In this document: positions 39,852 through 51,915 of the stretch, one piece after another
Layout: every line of letters begins with the position of its first letter
Position numbering within the stretch: position 1 is the first letter of the stretch
DNA from: Schmidtea polychroa
Taxonomy: Eukaryota
Assembly (NCBI GenBank): GCA_044892525.1
Contig: CM097885.1
Span: 43,464,001-43,528,000 of the forward strand
Reading direction: 5' to 3'
Length of the DNA: 64,000 bases
Position numbers and translations under genes: made by a program
Notes under the pieces: model-generated
What the model was told of the DNA's origin: nothing
The model's input: only the letters and a program-made list of their open reading frames with translations
The model's database searches: none

Positions 39852-40233
39852 ACTCAAATAATTCTAGTATTAAAAAGAATTATCGACGCAGCCATTTCAA
39901 GTGATATTCTTTGTGTTCTCTCTCATTCTTTGAATGTTTTCCGCGCTTCTCTGTACCAATCTGTAATTTTGGAAATCTGGCGACCATGAATGAAATTAAA
40001 CAAAACATTAGTATAATAAGAAGCTTTTTAGATTTTACACAAATTTGTTATTGAGACTGATAAAGAAATTTTAATTTATATTAGAAGTCAAATAAATAAA
40101 AAGTATATTTTTTTAGTAAATGTTTCATACTTTTTGGTTGGGGAGTGAATAATTTGACATCTGTCCCAATTCTGTTTCAAGTCATCTGTATTTCAATTTT
40201 TACTCTTCATTATCAAATATTATTCTTTTCCAG

Positions 40234-40617
40234 CTACTGTTCAACATCTCGGAAGAGTTTCACAGTCTTCGACGATGTCAAAGAATGTCGCTGATATGGC
40301 TATTGATGGGAATATAACAACATATTACGTCCCAGACAAGTCATGTTCAGCTACTTCTTCTCAGATACGTCCGATTTGGCTAATTCAATTTCCGGTGACA
40401 ATAAATATAGTTATGTTAGAAATTAAATACAAGACCAATAGTTTCCGTGAATTAGAAGTTATGATGGCAACTGAGGAATATCAAAGACAGTGTGTTAAAG
40501 TGGGAATTCTTTACACCGGGGCTCTACAATATTCGTGTTTAGCGAATGCTAAAGACCTTTATATTACAATTCCCGACGGTCATGTATTTTTAATTATTTG
40601 TTACATTAAAATTTACG
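40234..40617 (+). CDS. Exon 3: F-type lectin (fucolectin/FTP)-like domain 1
   Basis: Acceptor ttcttttccag; VSQSST...ADMAIDGN...CSAT...PIWLIQF...C...C...ICYIKIY; donor gtaaga. 384 nt, phase 1-1. Confidence 0.8.
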
Positions 40618-40769
40618 GTAAGACTTTATTATGCGACTTTTGTTTATGATTTTATAATTATTATTACTTAATAATATTAATTTTTGTTACAAAGATCAAA
40701 CCGTATTTAAGTTGATATTTGTTATAACTTCATTTTACCTTGATGTTTTCTACTTTATTCACTAAATTT

Positions 40770-41315
40770 TTAGTTGTATTTTTGATCTACCGACTTCTCA
40801 AGCGGTAAAATTAAATATGATACATTTGAAGACGCATTCCCATTTAATTTAATTGTTGATAATAAAAGCGATATTGAATTCAAGATAACTGGTTCTCATA
40901 CTGAATATCTCGATTTGAAAGATACATTACTCCACATTACATTAAAGGTTACAAATAATAATGGAAAGGAATTACCGGCTACTTCAGATGCAAAAGCTAA
41001 CAATTACTTGTTCCATATACTTTTTATTGATGTTATTGTTGGATTCAATAGTCAAAAGATTGAAGGCGGAAACGGAAGATATACAAAAACTTTAATTGAA
41101 ACTATTTTAAATTATAATGGAGAAAGTAAAACATTTGTCTGGCTCCTATGGGTTATATTCCATCTGATAAGGAAAGAACAGCATTAATTGCTGGTTCTAA
41201 ATTAGTTTCCCTATGTTCTTCGTTGCTAATAGATTTTATGAATCAACCAAAATTTTTAATTCAAGAGTTAATGTTAATGTAACAGTAAAAGAAACCCACC
41301 ATCATTCAGTATACA
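40770..41315 (+). pseudogene. Polinton/Maverick-type major capsid protein, N-terminal part
   Basis: Reads across frameshifts IFDLPTSQ...DIEFKITGSHTEYLDLKDTLLHITLKV...NNYLFHILF...LIETILNY...GSKLVSLC...DFMNQPKFLI. This matches the F54H12.2-like capsid pattern LF..P.TQ / IEF / YLDL..T / ETLLNY / D.F.Q.K.L. Confidence 0.75.
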
Positions 41316-44300
41316 TAATGATGACAGTATTCGGTTAAAAATAAATTTAAAAATCGGAGGTCAAATTCGGTTAATAATTTTTTTTATTTTCGGTTAAATT
41401 CGGTGAATACAAAATCTATAATAATTAAAATAGTAGTTAATGTTAGTATTAATCAAAATATGACAGTAATTATTAATTTAACTTATTCTCAATATCACCA
41501 TAAAAATACAATATCATTTGCATTTTAATACTTTCTTCATTGATATTACATCTTTATGAATCTTATATGTCTCGTAGTTTGCTAAATGATGGCTTGGCAT
41601 CCAAACTACTACACCAATCACCACTGAGATACGTTCTCTATAGTGGTGGTTGGCGTGTAGAACAATTTCTCACTGATTTACTCATTATCACATTTATTCA
41701 TTTATCGTGAAATTGAAATTTATTTGGAAATTTATTTTAGCCATTTTAATATTACTTCTTAAATATTACTTTTAATCAACAGTATGATTATAAATTAATT
41801 TTAATTAATTTTCAGGGTTTTTTTAGGAATTTTATGATATTTATCTTGGAATTATTTCGAAAAAATGTGAGTCCGATATATTTTTAATTATAATTAATTA
41901 ATAAATAAATAAATCACCAAAAATGTGTATTTTTTTAAAACATTTTGGGAAAAATCGCTGATTAAAATAATTTTTTTAATTTTTGTATTTTTTTTCTGAG
42001 CTCAATATCAGGGGATTCTTTAAGGAAATCAAATCTGGAGTAAAAAGATATTGAATCAAATTCATCTGCTCTTGATATTATCATTAAAAATATAATTTTA
42101 AAAAATTTTCAACGATCTTTTTTTTCTAAAAATTATCTAAAATAAAGTTATTATAGAAGCTTATCTCATCCTTACATTTCTACGAATCAAAAGTTTGTAT
42201 GTGTTTTTTAATATGTTTTGCGTTTGTGTGCAGTTTTTAAATTTTCTTCCACTTTTCAGATTTCTATAGTATAAGATGTATCTCAGTGAGCTATAAATGA
42301 GAACATCAACGTGAAATCAAAGTAAGTATGTATGTTTCTATAATGTAAGATTTTTTTGTTATATTATAGGAAACAGTTCTCAGTGGTGTTTGGTGTAGTT
42401 GCCATACATAAATACTGAATGGCAATTTTAGATAACAATGGATAATCTTGTTGATAACTCAACCAAAAAAATAGTTGTAAAGATTTCGTTATTTTCAGGA
42501 TTTAATAATGTAAATAAGAAAAAAATTCGCATTTTAACTCAGAGATTGCTTCTTCGTTGGAAATGGAAAATAATGTCACAATAATTATCAAAGTCTTGAT
42601 TCAGCAGCATTTTTTTGAAAGGGTCAAACAGAAACATTTTGTGCAATAATCAATTATCGCCAAATACATTCAAATCTAAATTTCGTTCCAATGTTTCTTT
42701 CCATTTACTATGAAGCATTTTTCGATACTTTAAAATTACATTATTTACTTTTTGACAGTTTAAGTCAAGTGAATTTAAATGAATAATCAATTCATGACCT
42801 ATGTTTTCTTCATTAAGAATTAGCAGTAATGTATTGAGTAGTGAGTATATTAAAGGACTATTTGGCTGACCAAGCTCAAAATATTTTTGCAGTTTACATA
42901 TTGGAGTAAGTATTTAGGATATTGCACAAAGAATTGCAAAGTTTTTTTATTTCATTTTTGAATCTACAAGTAATGACTTCAATTTATAAGCTTTTTGCTA
43001 TCATTCATTTCAAAAAATTCGCATAAGTATGGCCACTACTCAATGATATCATAACCATCTATGGTCAACAACTCGTTTTGGCTTTTGAAGTTGATTCGGA
43101 AGTTTATTTGCATTGATAAAATTATTTCCAAATTTGATAATAATTTCTCGTTTTTTTACTTATTTCTTTAATAGAAAAAGCATGAATAACAACCAAGTGA
43201 ATCAAGTGAGGGATGTCATTAATATGAATCAATTTTGAGTTAAACTCTTTTTGAACGATCGAAATGAATTTCTTCGTGTAAGGTGCTGAATCAGTAGAAA
43301 TTGAAATAATATCACAACATTTTTTGTTGTATGAGAGTAAAACATCACAAATTATTTTTTTAATGAGACCAGTATTGCATTCCTTAGTGAACGAAAGATC
43401 ACCCAGTAATATATTCTTAGTTTTCAATTCACTGTCATATAAGGAAAATAGCGCAATAATTGTTTTTCTCCCGAGGATATCCGGTGATTCGTCTATTATT
43501 ATGCTAATTTCTTTTTTATATGATCGGTATGACTTTGAAAATTTTCGGGCATATATTTAATTTTAGGACATTTCATCGTCGGACTGTTCATCAGGCGGAC
43601 GATTCATCAAGAGGACTGTTCATCACAGGATGATTCATCAAGAGGACATCTTGAAAATAACTAAATGTTAAACATTTAAATTAAATGTTCTTCCAGGCAT
43701 TATAGGAACCGCAGGAATCCATTTTTTCAACAATTGTCCTAAAGGTCCATCAGTTTAATAATTTGGATTATAGACAATGTCGAAGCATAAACAAATTCAT
43801 GATAAAAAGATTCGGATTTTTGTGATTTTTCTTCTTGTCTGATTTGAGTCTTCACTAAAGTCAACTGTTTTTTGGATTTTTCTCTTGTTTTCGCAGATTC
43901 TTTTTGTTTTGAATGTTTCTTTGACACGAATATATGCTCACAAATTCTTTTTGAAATTTTACTTTTGAATTCAAACTCATTCCCGCAATATTTACTTCTT
44001 TATTCTTTAATTATTACTGATGCTTCGTTTTTGGTTGTAAGTTGCTTCTTTTTTATCATCAAATCGTCAGGAAATTCTTTTTTACCCATTCTTTAGCTGT
44101 AATTTTTCTTTTGCCACTCATTTAATGATAACTAATTTTAATTACAATATATCAATATTGATTAATCCTATTTTATAATGTAGCGTCTGTGTGCGCGCGG
44201 CCTAGGTTTTATTTTGCATAACACTGATTTGTTATAACATTTACAAACCTAAAGTACCGGTTGAAATAAGTTTCCAACGGACATTGCATACATTGTATCG

Positions 44301-44350
44301 GCGGTTAAATAAGGTCAAATTCGGTTTATGACCGAAAACCGTCATCACTA
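41316..44350 (-). mobile_element. Decayed hAT transposon (CGGBP1-like transposase) splitting the capsid gene
   Basis: TIR taatgatgacagtattcggt vs tagtgatgacggttttcggt; degenerate TSD agtataca/agtaatca. Minus-strand motifs EH...KKH, SIIIDESPD, ISTDSAPY and LIHINDIPHLIHLV. Contains TIR-element copy B and a ggac..ttcatc tandem array (~43565-43650). Confidence 0.8.
41609..42398. mobile_element. Non-autonomous TIR element, copy B
   Basis: ~35-bp inverted ends ctacaccaa.caccactgaga / tctcagtggtgtttggtgtag; homologous to 6132-7858. Confidence 0.7.
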
Positions 44351-44358
44351 AGTAATCA

Positions 44359-44799
44359 ATATAACAATTGAATCAAAGATAAAGATATTGGAAGTAAAAT
44401 TAATGATTCGCAGAGTTTGAGTTGAACCATCAAAATAGGTTTAAATTCTAGAAATTCTATATATCCATTAGAAGTAAAGAAACTGTTGACTTTACTATCA
44501 GTAAAGGTTCATCATCATTTTATAAGGAACAATTATTTATTGATAAAAGATTACCGAATTTCGTTTTAGTTGCTTTTCAAATTGAATCTTAATTTAAGGG
44601 AACATATAAGGAACATAAATAACCATTCTTTACCTTTGTTTTGTCTCCAGATTTTGATTCTAATCAAAGTCAATTACCACAACAAGAAAATTTAAAATTG
44701 AGTATAAAGTTTAATAAATCACTTGATGAGTCGATATATGTATACGGAGTTTTCGAAAGAGAATTACAAATTACTGCAAGTCGATCAATATTAGTTTGA
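44359..44799 (+). pseudogene. Polinton/Maverick-type major capsid protein, C-terminal part (internally deleted)
   Basis: ILEVKLMIRRV*VEPS...IYPLEVKKLLTFTISKG...LPNFVLVAF...FKGTY...FVLSPDFD...NLKLSIKFNKSLDESIYVYGVFERELQITASRSILV*, continuing collinearly from 41315. Confidence 0.75.
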
Positions 44800-45629
44800 A
44801 CATAGTTCAAACGATGGTCAGACAAGTGCGCACAAGACATATCCTCACAGTGACAGGTGCACACGATGACAAATGCTCACATAGACAAATGCGCACAAAA
44901 GAATAAAAATATGGATTTGCAGTAAATAATTTTATATTAAAATTGCATGCATTTATAATAATAATTAAATAATAAATATGTACAACAGAATTTTTATTTA
45001 TTGCATATATTGTCACATTAATTAAATATAAAACTTGAAAAACGCCAAAAATTGACAGACCGCCACTGACAGCAGGTATGTTTGTTGTTTCCCGTTTTTG
45101 CTCAATCATTTTGTGTGCAGTTTACTTCAATTCAAATAACAGTAAAAATATAGCTAGATTATGACCAAGAAATTAATTGAAAATATTAACCAAAAAGAAA
45201 TATAAACTCACTTTTTCCTTATTGCAGATTAGCCATTCGCCTCAAATATTTCAGCTTGTCCGGTTCTTCATGATACCCCTGTACAATAGTAGCTACTTGT
45301 TCGCTTTGCCTCTGGTTGAGCCATTATAACTATTTTCAAAAAGTGTGCTTGTGGTATGCAAGATTCCTTTCGAGGCCTTCCAGCAATATCCAGACACTTG
45401 GATGGTTGCAATGGAAGATTGAGTTCAAAGTATTGTAAAAACCTTCACAACAATTAGTAGTTTTTAACTTAAAAAATATTTTCAAATTCATTTTAATTAG
45501 TATCATTTGACATTGTTAATCAGAAAACTTTTATTTAACTTGGTAAGTTAAGTAAATATAAAAGAAATTTTTTTCATATTTGTTTATATTTAAATTAACA
45601 ATAATTAACACTAAATTTTTAATTTATAG

Positions 45630-45887
45630 CAATTTTTAAAACATCTTTGTGCCAAGGGTCACGAAACTTACAAGGATACTATGCGACTACAAACAAGACA
45701 AAATCATTCAAAAATTGTGTTTTTTGGAAAACCTTCGAAAACATAATTCAAAAATCTAATTTCTTCTATGAAGAATTTCCAGAAAATTTTTGCCGTCCAT
45801 TGCTTGATCCATATAGTTCATGGTGCTTTGTAGAAATACAAAAGAATATTTATGAAAAACATTACTGTGTCATTGAAAAATGTTCAG
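45630..45887 (+). CDS. Exon 4: Kringle domain 2
   Basis: Acceptor aatttatag; LCQG...CVFW...ENFCRP...SWCFV...YCVIEKC; donor gtgaga. 258 nt, phase 1-1. Confidence 0.85.
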
Positions 45888-46111
45888 GTGAGAGACAATT
45901 ATATTAATTCCTTTCAAATTACATAATTATTTACTAATAAAAGTTTTCTAGGATTTACGGGCAAAGGTATAAAGGTTTTTATGATACGATAAGTTCAGGT
46001 TTATGACTCCAGTAGGTGAAGTTGAAAAACTATAACATTAATCCCTAAACGCATTATAAATTTCTTCTGTTTAATATAATATTTATTATATAATGATGAT
46101 TATTTTCGGAT

Positions 46112-47617
46112 AGTAGATGGATTGGGCACCGCTAAAACAGGACACAGCTCTCACAAAAGACACTTTCCCCGTCAGGAAAAATGTTTTTAAACAAGTGAAA
46201 CTGTTGAATATGTTTGTGGCAGTGTAAATCATAAAACGCATTTGGTAACGTTATTATTTTGTTAATATTTTCTATATATATAATTAAAACAAGGAAGTAC
46301 GCCTAAAATTAAGGAAAATTTAGTAAAAGTTAAGTCAAACCTATTCCGAAGATAAGCGTTCATTAACAACACAGTTGAAAATTTTATAAACAATCATGAT
46401 ACTTACTGATAAAATATAAAATTATTCTCAGGTATTACTTTTGATATGGTTTGATATGTAATAATTTAGGTATTAAATAACCCTTATCTGAATAATTTGT
46501 ACCATCAACAGCCCCCGATTCTCAATATTTATTTTTCCACTAATAATTATCGAATGATTTATATTCGCCCACAAATATTTCTTTTGTTAAATTGAACTAA
46601 ATATTCATGTGATAAGTTTTAGTGAAATATTTTTTAAATAAATACTTAATATATCTCCACTCTTATCCGTCAACTTTTCATCAAAAACATTTCAATACCA
46701 CTTGTCAGTGTATTTTCCTTGAGCAACTAATACATCCTGTAGCCATTAATGAATAATTCTATCTCAATTAAGATTTTCACCCTTTATTAATTTATCATAT
46801 AGTTCAATGAATAATTTAAATGAAGATTTTTAATACTTTGATACTTTAAAATTCCTTTGAAAATAATAATAATAAATATAATAATAATCATAATAATAAT
46901 AATACTTTGAAAATAAATAATAAGAATTTTGAAAATAACTTTGAAAAGGATAATAATAATAATAATTTTTAAATAAAATAAGAATTGAATAATTTTGAAT
47001 AATGATGAAAATAGTGAAAATTATGAAAACGTTCCTGAAAATAATCATGAAAATCATAAAAATATTTAAAATCGTGAAAATATTGAAAATATTGAAAACG
47101 ATGGATATGTTGAAAATTATGAAATTGTTCCTGAAAATAAACTCAGTGTATACATTTTGTTTGATATACATATTATAAGGTTTGAAATAATTCGAAGGTT
47201 TTTAACCCTTTGAAGGTTCAGGACTCATGATACACCTTTCAAGGGTATGACCATAATACTCACCTCTCAAATACCTTTCGAATGAGCAATCAAATAATGA
47301 AATCCCTTGGCGAACTATGAAAATTTAGATTTTTAAAATTTTAGCATGACTCATATTACCTTGAATGACTCATATGACCTTGAAAATGACCTTACATGAC
47401 TCACATGCCCTCAAGAATGACATTACATGACTCATATGACCTTGAATGAGTTATGGTATTTGTTTAAATGACCTTCAAAAATTGACCTTGAGTCATGGTC
47501 TTTGTTTCAATGACCTTTATGAGTCATTGATTCTGTTTAAAATTTTGACATTAAAAATTTTTAAAAATTTTTTTTGTCGGGAGGAGAGACTTTGTGCTAG
47601 CGGTGCCCAATCCATCT
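46112..47617. mobile_element. Non-autonomous Polinton/Maverick-like mini-element
   Basis: Termini AGTAG... and ...CT, perfect 20-bp TIR agatggattgggcaccgcta (46115-46134 and 47598-47617), perfect 6-bp TSD tcggat (46106-46111 and 47618-47623). Internal atgactcat/tgaccttga arrays at ~47346-47525. Confidence 0.78.
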
Positions 47618-48069
47618 TCGGATTTTTAATTTTCTTATCGTATACCTCTTGAATGAACTGAGATAAATTATATACGGTAAATGAAAATTTTTTAATACTC
47701 AGATTTATCAATGTAATTGATTTTTAAATTGTATATCTTTTTTTTTCACTATTTAGGTGAAATGAACATGAACTTCCAGATTTTTATTATAATTAGTATT
47801 TAATCAAAATTAAAATATCATTTGAAAATATGTTTTAACTATATATTTTGATAGATAGAATTATTTTTAGATTATTAAAGTAGATGGATATGTTTACATC
47901 TTTACATCTTTAGTTTAAATGTTTAATAAGTATATCGATATGTACCATCCACTAACCTCCTGGATAATATCTAGGTCGACTCAGAAATTTATGTAGTTCA
48001 CGAAAATATATAGTAGTTTTACATTAAAATGCTTAGTTTTCATTGAAATGAGATCCAAAGTCTCTAAAT

Positions 48070-49648
48070 TTAAATCTAGGTCACGCCATAATTCAACAAC
48101 TTCTTTCTTTTCAATTAAAAATCTCTCAGCCTTTACTTTGTAAAATTCTTAAAAATTGAGATGTAATTTTGAGTGGAGCCAAACTAATTGAAAATTTAAG
48201 CCGTATGCGAAAACGGGTTGGAAAGGATGCTCAGGTTGAATCTGCTTTAAAAAATTGGTTTACTCATGTTGGAGAAAATGATGCACGTGTTGATGGGCCG
48301 CTGATGAGACAGAAAGCTGAAGAGCTTGCCACTAGAATGGGAAAAGATGATTTTGTTGCTACAGATGGATGGTTTAATCGGTGGAAAAAGGGGAAAACAT
48401 TGTTTACAAACTCACTCATGGTGAGCAAAAAGATTCTGATTTTTTAGCAGCTGAAGCATGGCTCATTGAGGAGTGGCCAAAGATTATTGCAGAGTATTCA
48501 CCGGATAATGTTTACAATGCAGATGAAATTGGCTTGTACTATCGTGCTTTGCCTGAGCATGCTTTTATGCTCAAAAATGGGAGCTCCAAAGACTGCAAAA
48601 CTCCAAAAGAACGTTTGACAGTACTTTGCTGTAAAAGCATGTCAGGCATCAAATCAAAACTGTTGGTTATTGGAAAATCAGCAAACCCAAGATGCTTTAA
48701 AGGTGTAGAACAGCTTTCAGTTGATTACTATTCTAACAAAAATGCTTGGATGACAACTCTGATTTTTAATGAATGGCTTCTCAAATGGGATAACAAACTG
48801 AACCATAAAATTGTTTTGTTGGTTGACAATTGTACCGCACATATTGTTAAGGTCAATTTAAAACAGTTCAAGGTGATCTTCTTACCAGCAAATACGACAG
48901 CTTTGATTCAGCACTGTGATTAAAGTTTCATTCGAACACTGAAGGCATATTATCGAAGGGAAATGCGATCAAGAGTCTTGGAAAATATGGAGCATAGTCA
49001 AAAACTGACTGAAAATGAGTTAGTCAAAAAACAAACATTCTTGATGCTCTTCATCTTTTAGCAATATCGTGGAAGTGTCTCTGAAAACACAATAAAAAAT
49101 TGCTTCAGTCATGACGGGTTCACAACAGAAGACTTGGAATCAGAGGAAATTGTTGAAACCTCAACTGATCTATATGATAAAGCTTTTGAGGAATGGATGT
49201 TAATTGATCAAAACATACCAATTGCAGAAAAACTGAAAGATTAGGAAATCTGTGACACAGTAACTCAGACTAGCCAAGAATTAATTGAGTACGAAGACGC
49301 AGATAAAGATGAAAGCCAAACAAACAACAAACCGCCGACTGCTCGTGAAATCAGAAATGCTCTACAAACTTTAAGACTGGGTGTACAGCACAGATCTTCA
49401 GAATTTCACAAACATTATGAATATGAGGCTTTTATTAATAATTTATTGAGAAAAGAAACAAGGCGATCGTCTTTCCATGATTTTTTCTAAGCATTTTATG
49501 CAGGTTGAGATTTCCGTATATAATGTATTGCTGCTTGTTTAATTAAAAAGTTTTAAAAAATGTATATTTTTCCGGTTATTGTTATCATTCGGATAATGTT
49601 ATCAGTTTTATGTTGGGCCAAAGTTATTACAATAAGCGGCGGCCACTG
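48070..49648 (+). mobile_element. Tigger/pogo DNA transposon relic (CENP-B HTH + DDE_1), frameshifted
   Basis: VESALKNWF...GPLMRQKA...ATDGWFNRWK; YNADEIGLYYR; KERLTVL; AWMT; LLVDNCTAH; FLPANTT. Right TIR ...aataagcggcggccactg followed by TA. Left TIR not found. Confidence 0.88.
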
Positions 49649-49689
49649 TACTTGTAGGAATTGTTAAAGATCCAATCAAATCCTTTACA

Positions 49690-50121
49690 TCGTTCCCTTG
49701 TATTCCCTCAACAATTGTATGAAAATCGAAATTTTTAATACCTAGTACAACTATTTTACCACTCGAAAAAATATTCATTCATATTGGGTTATATTTTGTA
49801 TAACGCAGAGCAGGGAATAATCAGGTTCATATGTACAATATCCGTCTAATAACTTTGCTAAATTATTTAAATTAATAGATTGTTCAACCTGATTAGCTAC
49901 AGTAAGACTTTGAACTTGAATATCTTTGATAGTATATTGTACATTCTCGAATTCGATAGGCTTCTTACAACCCATTACACGACATTTACCATTTTTGAAA
50001 AATATAATAGTTTATTTTCCAGTTTTTTCTACATATTGTTGTGGTTTACACTTAGGGAAATTCATCATGCCAGTAGTTTCCAAAGACCTTTATAATTAAT
50101 ATTTGTCAACAATGTTGTCAA
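49690..50121 (-). pseudogene. Divergent, intronless TATA-binding-protein (TBP)-like gene
   Basis: Both TBP repeats are visible across frameshifts: TNINYKG...TIIFFKNGKCRVMGCK and IQVQSLTV...INLNNLAK...CTYEP(E)LFPALRY...NIFSSGKIVVLGIK. Confidence 0.78.
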
Positions 50122-51492
50122 CTGATTCAGTGCCTTGCAATCGACTCTCCTAATAAATGGTAAAATATTTTGATAACATTTTAAAATCAGGCATTAATTT
50201 TGTCGACAATACTCTTTTGAACTCGAATGCAGAAATAACGTCAATGTATCTAATATGTGTGACATTATACACAAGGCAGTGGAGAAGGGCGTCAGTAGGG
50301 TGTGTGGTGGCCTGAGGTTCTAAAATGTCGAATGTTTGTTCAAACTTAAATTTAAGAATTAAAATGTGTTTTATTATCCAAAAATTAAAACTAAACATAA
50401 TTTACAACTACTTCCTATGACATGGATCGACTCCTGGCCCAGCCTGTATAGCCATTGAACTCAGATCTGAGCACAACATATTTAAGGTTATAAAATTATA
50501 GCTTGATAGCTTAAAACAGCCTTGGACAGCCACATTTAAATAAAAGAAAGGCTCTTGAGAAAACTCTGTCCGTGGCCCGCCTTGGCTTGGACACGGTTGA
50601 TTATACATATTATACAGGGTTTACATTTTAATTTAATATTTTTTAAATTTAATATAATCAATTTTAAGTTTAATTTAATTCCATTTAATTTTAAAAGATA
50701 AACAAAAATGATAGGAAAGAGTGTTATACAAGAAATTAAACCATTTCAACACTTAACATTTATTAAAACTCTTTCCTTTTAATGCTTGTGTGACAAAAAC
50801 TAACATTTTAAAGAAATTCGATGCATTCACTTTCTGTTATTCATTTTATCGTTGAAATTATAGCTGACATAGATTCTTCACTCGTGTTTACATTGTATGC
50901 TTTGATTAGGTCAATCCATTCCGTCGGCAATTCTCAAGAACTGAATTTTGTCAACTTCGAAAAGTGTAAAAATTCGATCTAAGCACTGATCAAAAATACA
51001 TTTTGATGTTATCTTATTCTGAAAGTCAATTTGCATGCAATGGATATAATTCCACATACATTGGACAGACTGCCCGTCATCTCTACACTCGAAGTATTGA
51101 GCATCGCCGATGGAATAGATTTACTCACATTAGTGACCATTTTAGGAAGTATATCAGTAAAAAATAAGTATTTCTGATTTTAAGATCTTTCAAAAAATTT
51201 GAGTAATTACTAGGAACAAGTAACTAATTAGATCTTTAAATCCTATAATTAATATTCAAAATACTTATTTATAAAATAAGAAAAAATTTATTAAGATATT
51301 TTTTAGTTTGATACAGTTTGATTACGATTATTATTTGTTAATTTGTTTGAATAATCTTATTAGTTGTTCTTAATATGATTCCTAGCCTGAATAAGACTGT
51401 TAAAAAGTCGAGATATATAGCAATGTTATATTTTAATATACTGATTTAGCTATTTTCAATTAATAAAACTTTGCCATCTTTCTTTGATTAAA

Positions 51493-51493
<1 letters not shown>

Positions 51494-51580
<87 letters not shown>

Positions 51581-51625
51581 TAAAGTGATGATTTCTTGGT
51601 AGCAGCATTTATTGTTCTAAATAAT
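51494..51625. repeat. (TAA)n microsatellite plus a short piece of the hairpin repeat
   Basis: The TAA run is followed by aaagtgatgatttcttggtagcagcatttatt. Confidence 0.9.
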
Positions 51626-51657
51626 AATAATAATTATTATTATTATTATTATTTCAG

Positions 51658-51915
51658 AAAATTCAATCAATTGCCTAATCAATAACGGACACATAAAATA
51701 CAATGGATACTTAACGAGAGCCAGTAATGGTCAAGACTGTCAATACTGGATGGAATTATATAACATTTATACAGTTATAAAAAATTACGGGACTGAGGAG
51801 GAACTAGTTCAACATAAAAACTTTTGCCGAAATTTCGATAATGATAAAAAAGGACCTTGGTGCTATACTATTGAATATAAAAACCCCAAAAGATATTGCA
51901 AAGTTCCATACTGCA
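51658..51915 (+). CDS. Exon 5: Kringle domain 3
   Basis: Acceptor atttcag; NCLI...YNGYLTRASNGQDCQYW...KNFCRNFDNDKKGPWCYT...YCKVPYC. The donor gttact is weak, but the length (258 nt) and phase match exons 2 and 4. Confidence 0.85.
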
